Notes: generated from the letters alone by a model not told the origin. DNA of 64,000 nt from Candidatus Cloacimonadales bacterium (GCA_963677495.2 CAXXOU010000001.1:672001-736000), one strand, 5' to 3'; positions 31,205-41,650 are shown, counted from the first letter of the stretch. Numbers and translations are program-made.

Positions 31205-32740
31205 TTACTTCTTCACAACCTTTGCATTAAGTTCTGAAATAAGGAAATCTCGTTCATCTAATGAGCAGTTCTTCTTTGACTTAAGATTTACAGGTAGTCT
31301 GACATGTTTATACTGAACGTGTGGCCAATGAAGCATCTCAGCACAAACGAAGTACTCTTTTTGCTTCTTCTCACTCTTATCAAATTCCCAGTAGAAAGTA
31401 TGCTTACCGCAATCTATACTAGCACCTGTAACAAGCTCTAAATCCTTAAACTTTGATTTCTCTGCCCAGGTTGGTAGGTGCACCTGTTTCTCTTTCACAT
31501 TCGCGGCAAATGCTGAGACATACAAAGTCTCAATGTAGTTACCATCTTTATCCTCAATCCAAACAGATATCTGAGGAGCTATCTGGTCTCTGTAACCAAG
31601 TGTAAGTTCCACTTTAAGAGATTCACCCTCAGGCTGTGTCTGATTTATTGCACCTTGAGCAGGAATAAACTTATCAAGCATTGCCATTCGCTCCTCATCA
31701 CCAGCTTCAAAACCCTTTTCCGCCATCTCATAGACCTTCTTCATCTCTAAAGCACCTTTTAAAAGAGAAGTAGCATCTTTAACAACATCTTTACTCTTGC
31801 TGTTTTCTTTCAACCACTCAAGATCACTGATACCCGTATCTAATGAGTTTACGAAGAACGGTAAAGATATAGCAACATTAGCTCTCAGCATACGGATCGA
31901 TTCATCTGATGGAGCAAGCCTCACACAATGCGATAGCACTTCATGCACTTCGTGAGCATATCCTGCTCTAAGCGTCACATCATCCATTATTGAGTCATCA
32001 TACCCTTGTTCAGCTAAATTGCCTAATGTTCTTGCATAAGTCATATGAAGCATAAGATTAGTTGTGTCTGATTTTGCTGCTAAACGGAAGTTATCAAGAG
32101 CTTTAAGCATATCTCCTTTCTCGTAATCTTCCATCGCAAGAGCATAATAGTCTTTGGAATCATCTATTTTTGAGGTTTTAAGCTCCTCCATCTTTGCTTT
32201 TGCTGCATCATAATAGCCGGAACCAACTCCATAAAGGAACACTACTTCATAGTATTTATAAGCTTTTTCCGGTTCTCCCGCTTTTTCATAACCCATACCA
32301 AGGAAGTAACTTGATACTGCATAAAGCTCTCTCACAGCTCCATATCTTTGATTGATAAAGTGTAAATCCTCAATTCCCTGTTTTAGCTTTCCCATAAATT
32401 TTGGAACATTCACACCCAAGATTCCTCTGTAAAGGTGTGCATCTCGATGCTCAGGTTCAAGCTCTAAAGCTCTACTAAACTTCTTGAAAGCTTTGTTAGA
32501 TAACATTCCGGCCTTCATCATATTCACCTGTCCGGCCCGGTTAGTTAGAAACATTCCACTCATTGCAAATACTTCAGCAGAATCAGGATATGCTTTTTCC
32601 ATCTTTTCAAGTATCTCTATCGCTTCTTCAAGTTTACCTGCTCCTGCTAATCCACCTGCTTCCCCTAAGCTTTCATAGTAATCATTTGCATATAATAGAC
32701 TGCCACATAAAACCAATACTATTAATATCATCTGTTTCAT
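31205..32740 (-). CDS. Exported TPR protein with C-terminal DUF2271-like domain
   Basis: Start at MKQMIL with GGAG RBS; TPR helices; PQISVWIEDKDGNYIETLYV...VTGAS. Confidence 0.75.
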   Translation of the reverse strand: MKQMILIVLVLCGSLLYANDYYESLGEAGGLAGAGKLEEAIEILEKMEKAYPDSAEVFAMSGMFLTNRAGQVNMMKAGMLSNKAFKKFSRALELEPEHRDAHLYRGILGVNVPKFMGKLKQGIEDLHFINQRYGAVRELYAVSSYFLGMGYEKAGEPEKAYKYYEVVFLYGVGSGYYDAAKAKMEELKTSKIDDSKDYYALAMEDYEKGDMLKALDNFRLAAKSDTTNLMLHMTYARTLGNLAEQGYDDSIMDDVTLRAGYAHEVHEVLSHCVRLAPSDESIRMLRANVAISLPFFVNSLDTGISDLEWLKENSKSKDVVKDATSLLKGALEMKKVYEMAEKGFEAGDEERMAMLDKFIPAQGAINQTQPEGESLKVELTLGYRDQIAPQISVWIEDKDGNYIETLYVSAFAANVKEKQVHLPTWAEKSKFKDLELVTGASIDCGKHTFYWEFDKSEKKQKEYFVCAEMLHWPHVQYKHVRLPVNLKSKKNCSLDERDFLISELNAKVVKK

Positions 32741-32808
32741 AACGTTCTCCTTATTTTCATTTCTGATTCTACAATACATGCAATTTTGTATCTGTTAATC
32801 TATATCAG

Positions 32809-32838
32809 ATGAACTGTTAGTTTTTAGTAATGAAATGA
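32809..32838 (-). promoter_or_regulatory. LytTR-type direct-repeat operator
   Basis: Minus strand TCATTTCAT-12 nt-ACAGTTCAT; the 9-bp repeat/12-bp spacer layout typical of LytTR sites, next to a LytTR system. Confidence 0.65.
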
Positions 32839-32920
32839 TATAATCCTAACTCAAATTGCAATATCGTGTTTTCTACAATCTGATTAAAGAAGATTAGCAC
32901 TATCCTATTACGATTTCTGT

Positions 32921-33066
32921 CTCATTGCTCTCTCATAATTCACATCCCTCAGATATCAGTATCCTGACATTTTCCTAGTAGTCTCTTATTGATTTTAATA
33001 GGAGAGCCCCAAGAGACTCCCAGGAAAGCTACCAGTTTTGCCAACTTATTATGACAGAGCAATGAG
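32921..33066. repeat. 146-bp inverted-repeat-bounded element, copy E1
   Basis: CTCATTGCTCTCTCATAA / TTATGACAGAGCAATGAG (17/18 inverted match). Confidence 0.8.
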
Positions 33067-33216
33067 GGTCCAATAGCACCTTGCAATCGTCCCAAGACTT
33101 TCTCAATGGTGCTCTTTCCTACCACAACTCCTGTGTACCTTATTCTGATAAACTCAAAAAAATAGTGCAGACTTAGGAAATCCATCATAACTGACATTGG
33201 TTTACCTTTCATTATT

Positions 33217-33446
33217 CAGCCCATATAGGGCTGTTGTTATGGGTGTATTTGTTACCCTAGGTCATTCGACCTAGGGCTATTCATTTTAAGCCCTAAACGG
33301 GCTTTTGGTACCAATAAAGAGATAGAGTAACGCACTTACTCAAGTTGTACTGTTTTGTACCTTATCCTGAAGGGATAATCCAATGTTAGCCATGGTGCTT
33401 TAGCCCATGGAAATGAATAGATTGTCAACCCGACCCTGACGGGGTC
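33217..33446. repeat. Two oppositely oriented three-hairpin REP-like elements
   Basis: Hairpins at 33217-33233, 33255-33276, 33289-33303 and 33363-33377, 33390-33410, 33432-33446; related to 63007-63134. Confidence 0.7.
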
Positions 33447-33597
33447 ATCCTAAAAGAATACAACTTGTTCGATTCCGCAATTCTGACACTCCTGCAGATA
33501 AACCTTGTTTTATCTAATGAACAATCTCGGTAATCCCCTTAAGAAATTATCATCATTTTAATTGACAGGATTAGTTTCTTTACATAAACAAAGTACT

Positions 33598-34677
33598 ATG
33601 AAATGTCCAATATGTAAGCAAGAACTTAAGTTGAAGCAAGAAGATGAGCATTCTATCTATGAATGTGAGCAATGTAAAGAGGTGTTTGTTAGTCTTACTT
33701 CCATTAAAAACAGCGGTAAAGATGTAGATATTCTAACTCAATTACGCAAAGATACTATGGAGCACGGACTACCGGGTAACATCTGCCCCAGTTGTTCAAA
33801 ACAGATGAAGGCAAAACCTGCTCCCGGGCTGCATTTGCAACCTATGGTTGAATATTGCGAGACATGTAATTTTATCTTTCTCAAGCGAGCGAGCTATGAT
33901 GCAATCCCTGAACGGGAGATTGTTGATGAATATGATAATCTCACTGAGGAGAGTGTGGAAGCTCTCAAACAAATATCCAAAGATTTAGATAAGAAGATTA
34001 AAGCACGAGGTATCGAAGACGAGAAGATGTACACACCATTCGAAAGAATAATGATGTATTTCGTCCCTAGATTGATAGGAGTCCCAAAGATTAAAGGTAT
34101 TCCACCTATCACAGCAATATTGTGTGGAATCGGGTTAATCTTCTCACTTATACCAAGCGGATTAATCTGGAAAGCATTTGAAAACCCAATGCTATCCGGC
34201 AGACACATGATGTTTGATTTTGCAGTTTCAGCAGGTTTTCTTGGAGTCTATATAGCATTTATCTTCGGAGCAAGACTTGAGGAAACTATCGGTTCTAAGA
34301 ACTTTCTGCTCTTCATTATCTCAACTTATGTCGTATCCTTTGTATTGAGATTATTATTCAACCCACAAGCTGCTGTTTCGGGAGGTATGCATGTCTCAAT
34401 TGCGATGGCTGTACTCTTCTCATTTCTATTCACTTTTGCCCGACTGAGAGGGATATTTTTCTTTAGAATATACACAATTCCTGTTTGGTTCTTTACTCTC
34501 ATAATTGCTATTTTTAGTGTAATTATGCAAACTCTAATGGGCTTTAGTCCAGCTAGTTTAGTTTTCTTCATTGTAGTCTTCGGTATGCCTACACTATTCC
34601 TTTTCGCTCTGGGAGGAAAGAAAAAGATATTAAAGGATGCCGGATTAGAAGAATTTATCAATATTGGTAGTTATTAA
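33598..34677 (+). CDS. Double zinc-ribbon plus rhomboid-like membrane protein
   Basis: Four CxxC pairs; FIFGARLEETIGSKNFLLF rhomboid-like segment; about six TM helices. Confidence 0.7.
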   Translation: MKCPICKQELKLKQEDEHSIYECEQCKEVFVSLTSIKNSGKDVDILTQLRKDTMEHGLPGNICPSCSKQMKAKPAPGLHLQPMVEYCETCNFIFLKRASYDAIPEREIVDEYDNLTEESVEALKQISKDLDKKIKARGIEDEKMYTPFERIMMYFVPRLIGVPKIKGIPPITAILCGIGLIFSLIPSGLIWKAFENPMLSGRHMMFDFAVSAGFLGVYIAFIFGARLEETIGSKNFLLFIISTYVVSFVLRLLFNPQAAVSGGMHVSIAMAVLFSFLFTFARLRGIFFFRIYTIPVWFFTLIIAIFSVIMQTLMGFSPASLVFFIVVFGMPTLFLFALGGKKKILKDAGLEEFINIGSY

Positions 34678-34696
34678 TCGGGGAGAACTCTTCCAT

Positions 34697-34785
34697 TTTA
34701 CCACGGATGAACCACGGGTAATCCACGCCCAAACCCCGCGAGCCGTGGTTAACCCGTGGATTACCCGTGGTCAACCCGTGGTAAA
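34697..34785. repeat. Dyad-symmetric 11-bp-periodic array
   Basis: CCACG at 34701/12/23; CGTGG at 34744/55/66/77. Confidence 0.85.
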
Positions 34786-34814
34786 GTATGCCACATCGGG
34801 CAGAGATTTAACAG

Positions 34815-35654
34815 TTAAATATAGCTTTTGAGTAGTTCAATCTCCTGTGACCAAATATCTTCGTTGGGAGTCTCCAAAATCAGTGGTATATCATTGAATC
34901 TACTGTCTTTCATAATTAGTTTGAAAGGGGTTAATCCTATCTTTCCTTCTCCTAAACTATCATGTCTATCGACTCTAGAGAGATGCTCTTTCTTGGAATC
35001 ATTAATATGCATTCCCATAAGTTTATCAAAACCTACTATCTTCTCAAACTCAGCAAAAGTTTTGAGAAACTCATCCTCTGTTCTTATGTCATATCCTGCA
35101 GCAAACATATGGCATGTATCAATGCAGACACCAACTCTGGAAGAGTCTTTTACCTGCTCCATAATCTTAGCTAAATGCTCGAAACTGTATCCTAGATTTG
35201 AACCTTGTCCGGCAGTATTCTCAATCACTGTAATCACATTTTCGGTCTGAGCATGTGCCTTGTTGATTGAATCAGCAACCAATGCTAGTGATTCATCTTC
35301 TGTGATAGCTTTCAGATGACTACCGGGGTGAAAGTTAAGCAGTTTAAGCCCAAGTTGGTTGCACCGATGAAGTTCTTCGATAAAAGCATTTAAAGATTTT
35401 TCTCTTTTCTCAGGATCAGGATGCCCTAGATTTATTAGATAGCTATCATGTGGAAGGATTTTATCTAGTTTGAACCCATGTTTTTCACAGCTACTTTTAA
35501 ACTCTGTAATTGACTTCTCAGTCAAGGGTTTTGCTGTCCATCTTCTTTGATTCTTAACGAATAGAGCAAATGTGTTAGCTCCAATTTCTACTGCATTAAG
35601 AGGTGCATTTTCAACACCACCTCCGGCACTTACATGTGCTCCTATATACTTCAT
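34815..35654 (-). CDS. nfo: Endonuclease IV
   Basis: [41 protein letters not shown]. Confidence 0.96.
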   Translation of the reverse strand: MKYIGAHVSAGGGVENAPLNAVEIGANTFALFVKNQRRWTAKPLTEKSITEFKSSCEKHGFKLDKILPHDSYLINLGHPDPEKREKSLNAFIEELHRCNQLGLKLLNFHPGSHLKAITEDESLALVADSINKAHAQTENVITVIENTAGQGSNLGYSFEHLAKIMEQVKDSSRVGVCIDTCHMFAAGYDIRTEDEFLKTFAEFEKIVGFDKLMGMHINDSKKEHLSRVDRHDSLGEGKIGLTPFKLIMKDSRFNDIPLILETPNEDIWSQEIELLKSYI

Positions 35655-35777
35655 TTTAACTCCTGTTTCATAATAAAAACAATCTAATGATAATACTCTT
35701 TTTTGCAAGCTTAACCTGTCTATTTTAGCAATATCAACTAAAAAAAGGATTGCAGAAAATCACACACTTATATTACA

Positions 35778-36449
35778 ATGCACAGATTAATTTGTACCAG
35801 AGGTAAAGATAGAGTGAGTGAATCATATACTTCGAATGCTATATTGGCATATATAAACTCGTTTCTGACATATCCTAATCCGGTTCTCCCGGAGATGGAG
35901 AGGAAACATCAGACTAGAATCAATATACAACCAAATATGAGTTTGCAGGGTGCAACACTACTGCAATGTCTATTAACAATGAATAATGCGAAGCACGTGA
36001 TAGAGATTGGTGCATGTATAGGCTACTCTGCCATATTCATTGGTGAAGTGATGAAACAAAATGAAGGGAAACTTCATACAATAGAGATTGATGAACGCTT
36101 TATCCCTGAGATTTATGAGAACATACTTTCAGCAGATTTGTACAAGCAAATTGAAGTTATTAATGGTGATGCAGAGCAAAAACTTGAAGCGATACCCGGT
36201 GATGCAGATTGTATTGTGCTTGATGCGAATAAACCTTTATACCCGAGAATACTGGATTTATGCGTTGAGAAGCTGAAAGTCGGTGGTTTTATATTTGCTG
36301 ACGATACGCTCTTTAAACCAATGGGATTTGCAAAACGACTAAGTGAACCAATGGATGAATACAACAAACTTGTGTTCAAGAGAAAGGATTTAAAAAGTAC
36401 CATATTACCTATAGGTGATGGAATTACTTTGAGTATAAAGACAGATTAG
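35778..36449 (+). CDS. O-methyltransferase (Methyltransf_3 family)
   Basis: IEIGACIGYS, LDANK, LPIGDG. Confidence 0.88.
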   Translation: MHRLICTRGKDRVSESYTSNAILAYINSFLTYPNPVLPEMERKHQTRINIQPNMSLQGATLLQCLLTMNNAKHVIEIGACIGYSAIFIGEVMKQNEGKLHTIEIDERFIPEIYENILSADLYKQIEVINGDAEQKLEAIPGDADCIVLDANKPLYPRILDLCVEKLKVGGFIFADDTLFKPMGFAKRLSEPMDEYNKLVFKRKDLKSTILPIGDGITLSIKTD

Positions 36450-36457
36450 GAGATATA

Positions 36458-37003
36458 ATGAGAAAGATAATTATTACACTATTGAGCATTGTATTAGTTA
36501 CTATGCTTTTAGCATCAGAAAAGGACTTATTAAAACAGTTCAAGAAAGCAAAGATGAAGAAGCACAGTGGTGTACTCACAAAAATTGGTGATACTTGGCA
36601 CCTTGCGAAGGATAAGAAAAAGGGACCTGAGCTACATATTGACATTGAAGACTTAGAAGCATATGAAAGTCTGAAATGGGAGAATGGTACAGAGATAGAA
36701 CTTGTAGGTTTAACTCATAAAGGTAAGGTTCTTGTTACTAACATTTTCACCGAGACTGACACAATTCATATTCGTGACGCTAGAGGGATAAAACATACGA
36801 AAGAAACTCTTGCCGGTCAGTGGAAAGTAATTCCTAAGAAATGTATTAGCTGTGGGTTATGCGTAAAGCTATGTCCTGTTGACGCAGTTAAGATGGTCAA
36901 AGGTAAAGCTGTGATAGACCAATCAAAATGCATAAATTGCGGGAATTGTGCTCATGGTGGAATCAAAGGAAGAGGATGTCCTACAAGTGCGATTAAGAAA
37001 TAA
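36458..37003 (+). CDS. Exported protein with C-terminal 2x[4Fe-4S] domain
   Basis: Sec-type signal; CISCGLCVKLCP and CINCGNC-x9-CP. Confidence 0.85.
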   Translation: MRKIIITLLSIVLVTMLLASEKDLLKQFKKAKMKKHSGVLTKIGDTWHLAKDKKKGPELHIDIEDLEAYESLKWENGTEIELVGLTHKGKVLVTNIFTETDTIHIRDARGIKHTKETLAGQWKVIPKKCISCGLCVKLCPVDAVKMVKGKAVIDQSKCINCGNCAHGGIKGRGCPTSAIKK

Positions 37004-37979
37004 AGCCCTCTTACTTCTTCTTGCAGTCTTAGTGTTCACGGGTTGTTCTGACTCAATCTCTAAGATATCTGTTGCTGGAAACGTCCCTCCAAGCCCTGTT
37101 TCTAATGTATCGACTTTATTAATCAACGATACATATCTCCAGGTTATATGGGATAACCCAAAGGAAAGTAGCCTTGACCATCACCGGATATATGTATGTG
37201 AGAATGCGGATTCTCTTAATTTGATTTCAAACCTGTATACTGATGCTTTACCTGGCAATTCAGAACAATCAAAACAAGGTATTACTATAAGAAATCTGCA
37301 ACCGGCAACTGAGTATAAAGTTGGAATCATTGCTTCAAACAGATATGGAAACGGTAAAGGTTTACAAGATTCTATTGTAGTGAGAACAGCTAACTTCCAT
37401 ATTGAGGATACTGAAGCCCCGGAAGCACCTGCTCTAGTGAATATCACCGGACACCTGACAAAAGGTATTGAATCAGCAACTAATACTGAACTGCAGATTG
37501 AATTTACTCCAACAGGATCAGGAGAACTGATAACTCCTGAAATCAGATTTGCCCCAATACCTGAGTTTGCCAATTGGGATGCTGCATGGCCAATATCTAA
37601 CCCTGATCTTTTCATACCTGAGGCAATAACAGGTGAAAAAGGGATTATTAAGTTTAGCTTTATTGATGCATTCTGGCCACTTCCATTCCAGACATCAGAT
37701 TATGAATTCGTAATCTATGTCAAAAGCAAAGATGCGGAAGGTAACCTATCAGAAGAGAGCATTGCTCTTACAGGCGTGTTTAAAGTTGAAGTTCAGTCCG
37801 GATGTATCAAATGCTGGAACTGTTTAGATGTCTGCCCTGAAAATGCAATCTCAAAGTCCAGCTCTAAAGCTGTAATTGATCTAACTAAGTGCACCAGATG
37901 CGGTAACTGTGTTTTAGAATGTGCAGATGATGGTTCAGAAGTTATCTTCTTCAAAACAGAGGAAGTGGGAGGAATCTAA
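36987..37979 (+). CDS. Lipoprotein with FN3 and C-terminal 2x[4Fe-4S] domain
   Basis: Likely GTG start at 36987; lipobox-like FTGC; CIKCWNCLDVCP and CTRCGNCVLEC. Confidence 0.8.
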   Translation: MRLRNKALLLLLAVLVFTGCSDSISKISVAGNVPPSPVSNVSTLLINDTYLQVIWDNPKESSLDHHRIYVCENADSLNLISNLYTDALPGNSEQSKQGITIRNLQPATEYKVGIIASNRYGNGKGLQDSIVVRTANFHIEDTEAPEAPALVNITGHLTKGIESATNTELQIEFTPTGSGELITPEIRFAPIPEFANWDAAWPISNPDLFIPEAITGEKGIIKFSFIDAFWPLPFQTSDYEFVIYVKSKDAEGNLSEESIALTGVFKVEVQSGCIKCWNCLDVCPENAISKSSSKAVIDLTKCTRCGNCVLECADDGSEVIFFKTEEVGGI

Positions 37980-37981
37980 TA

Positions 37982-38230
37982 ATGAAGAAATACTTACTTA
38001 TCGTACTTATACTAATCACAATTCTTCTTGCTGTCACTGTAGAGGATAGTAGAAACCCACTCGTAATCAAAAACAGATGCGTTGGTTGTGGAGACTGTAT
38101 TGAAGTTTGCCCGGTTCAGGCAATTGAACTTGCTAATGGAAAAGCTTTAATAGACAATGAGACTTGCATAAACTGTGGCAAGTGCTTTAAAGCATGCACT
38201 TATAATGCTATCAGGAGTGCTCATGAATAA
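37982..38230 (+). CDS. Signal-peptide-bearing 2x[4Fe-4S] ferredoxin
   Basis: MKKYLLIVLILITILLA; CVGCGDCIEVCP and CINCGKCFKAC. Confidence 0.85.
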   Translation: MKKYLLIVLILITILLAVTVEDSRNPLVIKNRCVGCGDCIEVCPVQAIELANGKALIDNETCINCGKCFKACTYNAIRSAHE

Positions 38231-38465
38231 GATAATATTAATTCTTGTAGTGATTGTAATAGCTTTAGCAGTTGGTTGCGACAAAGTAACTAAACCTGAG
38301 TATAATGTTGAAAGCTCAGCTTGTAATGCATGTGGTGCTTGCATTGATATCTGCCCCAATGATGCAATAGAGTTTGATAAGAATGGGAAAGCTATTATTG
38401 ACCAAACAAAGTGCATTCAGTGTGCTAAATGTATACCTGTTTGCCCACAAGGAGCGATTTACTAA
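38223..38465 (+). CDS. Lipoprotein 2x[4Fe-4S] ferredoxin
   Basis: MNKIILILVVIVIALAVGC; CNACGACIDICP and CIQCAKCIPVCP. Confidence 0.85.
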   Translation: MNKIILILVVIVIALAVGCDKVTKPEYNVESSACNACGACIDICPNDAIEFDKNGKAIIDQTKCIQCAKCIPVCPQGAIY

Positions 38466-39673
38466 TGAAAATAATAATCTCAATCCTACTCCTTATCTCA
38501 CTTACAACTCTTGTTGCTTTTGATATAGATAGTTATAACGAACTTTCATTCGGAATGTATAGTATCGATGGTGAGAACTATTACAATTTACAGGAAGAGC
38601 TCTTCTCTGACGTTACTTTCAACGATAGTTGGACTGGTGGTATTGAACTTGATTTTGTGGCTTCTGAAGAGGGATTTAGCGAGATGAACTCCAACCTGTA
38701 TGATAGATTTAGAACATATCTTAACTGGAACTATAATCAAACCAATTTTTACACTAGCTTTAGTAACACTCTTTTTGATGCAGCTAAAACTAATGATATT
38801 GTTTTAGCCGGTCTTTACGATCCGATTGTTAAGCCTGTAACAAAGAATAACTTAGTTTTCAGTGCTTCTCAATCTTTGTGGAATCTCACATTAGAGGGTG
38901 CTATCAGATATAGAAATCTTAACTATGACTACAATGTAACAGAAGATGTTGAACAGGAAAACGATATGTTTACTGACCTAACTCTTACTTATGATGTTAC
39001 AGAAAGATTTGGTGTGTTCTCGACACTCTATTATAAAGATGATCTAAGCGATATTCCTAGTTCTGAAATTCCTGAAGACTATGAGGTTGAAGATCCCAAT
39101 AGCTACTTCGATGAGTTCACAGTTGGTGGAGGATTATTCTGGAAACAACGATTTGGAATGAATCATGGATTTAAAATATCAACTGCATATCTCAATCGGG
39201 ATGGAGAGACAATTCCAGAATATCTCAACCACTATTTTATTACTGATGCACGTTATAATTTCACTTTCACACCACAACTAAATGGTTTCCTTTCCTGCAT
39301 AAGCAGGGGATCTTTCAGTAAGGAAGAGAAGAAGTTTTATCGTGTTTCTAACCTTATAAGAGCACAGTTTAAGTACAGTCTTATGCCATTCGACTCCAGA
39401 GCATATATTGGAATCGGTGCTAAGTATAACCCTGAGAATGAGACTGACAGATATTACACTGAGCTTTCCTACCCCGTTTTCAACAGGATTACGATTAAAC
39501 TGGCTGATTACTACTCTCCGGAATATTATAACAATATTGTAACAGGAATTGAGTTTTCTTATGCTAAATATAACTCGTTCTATCTGGAGAATACTTTCTC
39601 TATGGTTGAGAATGATATTGTAGCATTAGACGACTACAACGAACTAAGGTTTGGAACAAGGATATCATTTTAA
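38465..39673 (+). CDS. Probable outer-membrane beta-barrel protein
   Basis: TAATG coupling, signal peptide, amphipathic aromatic strands, C-terminal Phe (GTRISF). Confidence 0.7.
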   Translation: MKIIISILLLISLTTLVAFDIDSYNELSFGMYSIDGENYYNLQEELFSDVTFNDSWTGGIELDFVASEEGFSEMNSNLYDRFRTYLNWNYNQTNFYTSFSNTLFDAAKTNDIVLAGLYDPIVKPVTKNNLVFSASQSLWNLTLEGAIRYRNLNYDYNVTEDVEQENDMFTDLTLTYDVTERFGVFSTLYYKDDLSDIPSSEIPEDYEVEDPNSYFDEFTVGGGLFWKQRFGMNHGFKISTAYLNRDGETIPEYLNHYFITDARYNFTFTPQLNGFLSCISRGSFSKEEKKFYRVSNLIRAQFKYSLMPFDSRAYIGIGAKYNPENETDRYYTELSYPVFNRITIKLADYYSPEYYNNIVTGIEFSYAKYNSFYLENTFSMVENDIVALDDYNELRFGTRISF

Positions 39674-40644
39674 TGTTTAAAACTTTGACAGAAGGGTTCC
39701 TACTAGGACTAACAACAGGTACAGTGTGCCTTGTTAGCTGCACACCAATATATCTACCGTTTATTATCTCTGAGAAACGTTCAATTGGAAAGAACTTTTT
39801 AAAGGTTATGGAGATTTCAATTGGTAGGTTCTTCTCATACCTATCTTTTGGTGCTCTTGCCGGCTGGCTTGGTGGTAATATCGAAACCATAGATAGAACA
39901 TTGTTCACCGGTATTGCTTATATCCTACTAACTGTATTTATGTTACTTTCTTTCTTTAGATTAACTAGAAAGGAGAAAAGCTGTCATATCCCTAAGTTTG
40001 TAAATGTAACTAAAAGTGCATTTTTACTAGGTATTTTCACCGGTATAAACTTCTGTCCATCATTCCTTATCGCATTGTCCAAAGCAGTTGATTTAGCAGG
40101 TGCTATGAGCGGGATTATGCTCTTTATGGGTTTCTTTTTTGGAACGTCACTGTTCCTAATTCCACTGGCATTCTCAGGATTCCTCTCTAAAATGAGCCTG
40201 ATGAAGAATATCGCTAGATACGCATCAGTTGCAGTTGCACTATATTTCCTCTATTCCGGTGTTGTGAAAATCAAAGATTTTGCCTTATCTACCCAAGCTA
40301 GAATCGTTGACCCGATCTCATCCGAGTATGATATTAAGCTTTTCACTTCTGATGTTGATAATCAATTCTATAAAGTGCTTTCTGATTCCCTGAATACTAT
40401 CAAATCAGAGCAGTTCACGTTAATAAAAACTAATGAGCTCAATCCTGACATGTTAGATAGCATTGAAGTTGGTACAATTATCCTTGTTGACCCGAAACTG
40501 GTAAATGATTCAAATATGGAAGCTATTCAAAACACAGACCATTATGTAATGAATCCTGGTTATGAACCCAAAGACGTTGTTCAGTTTCTACGAAACTATA
40601 GCATCAAGGTTGGCAAGAACCAATACCTTAAATGGGAGTTTTAA
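39673..40644 (+). CDS. DsbD_2/TauE-like six-TM protein with soluble C-terminal domain
   Basis: GTVCLVSCTP in TM1, GRFFSY, NFCP in TM4. Confidence 0.75.
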   Translation: MFKTLTEGFLLGLTTGTVCLVSCTPIYLPFIISEKRSIGKNFLKVMEISIGRFFSYLSFGALAGWLGGNIETIDRTLFTGIAYILLTVFMLLSFFRLTRKEKSCHIPKFVNVTKSAFLLGIFTGINFCPSFLIALSKAVDLAGAMSGIMLFMGFFFGTSLFLIPLAFSGFLSKMSLMKNIARYASVAVALYFLYSGVVKIKDFALSTQARIVDPISSEYDIKLFTSDVDNQFYKVLSDSLNTIKSEQFTLIKTNELNPDMLDSIEVGTIILVDPKLVNDSNMEAIQNTDHYVMNPGYEPKDVVQFLRNYSIKVGKNQYLKWEF

Positions 40645-40750
40645 AAACCATTTTGATGATATGAGTACATTATAAGAGATGAAATAATCTACCAAAATCC
40701 CTTGTTTGTTGCTTGACAGTTTAAATCAGCTTAACAATATCTCTTAAAGG

Positions 40751-41650
40751 ATGAGATTGATGAGTAAAATTGAGAGTCGAACACTATATTCGGATGGTTT
40801 GCTTCTATTAACCGCTGCAATCTGGGGATTTGCTTTTGTAGCTCAGAAAGTAGGAATGGAGAGCTGTGAGCCCTTCATGTTTAACGCAATCAGGTTTGCA
40901 TTAGGTGCTTTAGTTCTCATTCCTTTCCGCAAGAAGAAAATCAACTACCACACCCACTCGAAAGAGCTTAAATACTCAATCTTTACCGGATTAGCACTGT
41001 TTACTGCCGCCTCTCTTCAACAAATAGGAGTGAAGTTCACATCTGCAGGAAATGCAGGATTTATTACCGGGCTATATGTAGTATTTGTTCCTATAATCGG
41101 CATCTTCATAAAACAGAAAACTGGTTTAAGCGTATGGATAAGTTGTTTGTTCGCAATTTTAGGTATGTATTTTGTGAGTGTTTCCGGAAGTTTAAGTTTG
41201 ATGAAGGGTGACCTGTTCGTGCTTGCAAGTGCGGTTATTTGGGCTATTCACGTACAGCTTGTAGGCAAGATTGGTAGCAAACTTGGGGCAATACGTTTAG
41301 CAATGATTCAGTTCACTATCTGTTCGTTGTTAAGCTTCCTTACAGCAATGTTGTTCGAGACCAATAGCTTATCAGGTATATATCAGGCTACAGTTCCCAT
41401 TCTATATGGGGGATTGTTATCTGTAGGGATAGCTTATACATTGCAAATTGTAGCCCAAAAATCAGCTCCACCAAGCCATGCCGCTATCCTTCTTAGTATG
41501 GAATCAATGTTTGCAGTGCTGGGGGGAGTAGTAGTATTAAAAGAGAGTTTAACACTAAGATCAGGTATTGGTTTCAGCTTAATGCTAATCGCGATGTTCT
41601 TAGTACAAATAAAGCAATTTTTCGGATCAAACAAAACAAAGGAGAGATGA
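40751..41650 (+). CDS. DMT/EamA-family transporter
   Basis: IWGFAFVAQK, ten TM segments, ESMFAVLGG. Confidence 0.92.
   Translation: MRLMSKIESRTLYSDGLLLLTAAIWGFAFVAQKVGMESCEPFMFNAIRFALGALVLIPFRKKKINYHTHSKELKYSIFTGLALFTAASLQQIGVKFTSAGNAGFITGLYVVFVPIIGIFIKQKTGLSVWISCLFAILGMYFVSVSGSLSLMKGDLFVLASAVIWAIHVQLVGKIGSKLGAIRLAMIQFTICSLLSFLTAMLFETNSLSGIYQATVPILYGGLLSVGIAYTLQIVAQKSAPPSHAAILLSMESMFAVLGGVVVLKESLTLRSGIGFSLMLIAMFLVQIKQFFGSNKTKER

Noticed and set aside
32921..33066. Integron attC sites as explanation for the palindromic elements
   Set aside because: No RYYYAAC/GTTRRRY ends, no cassette array and no integrase in the window
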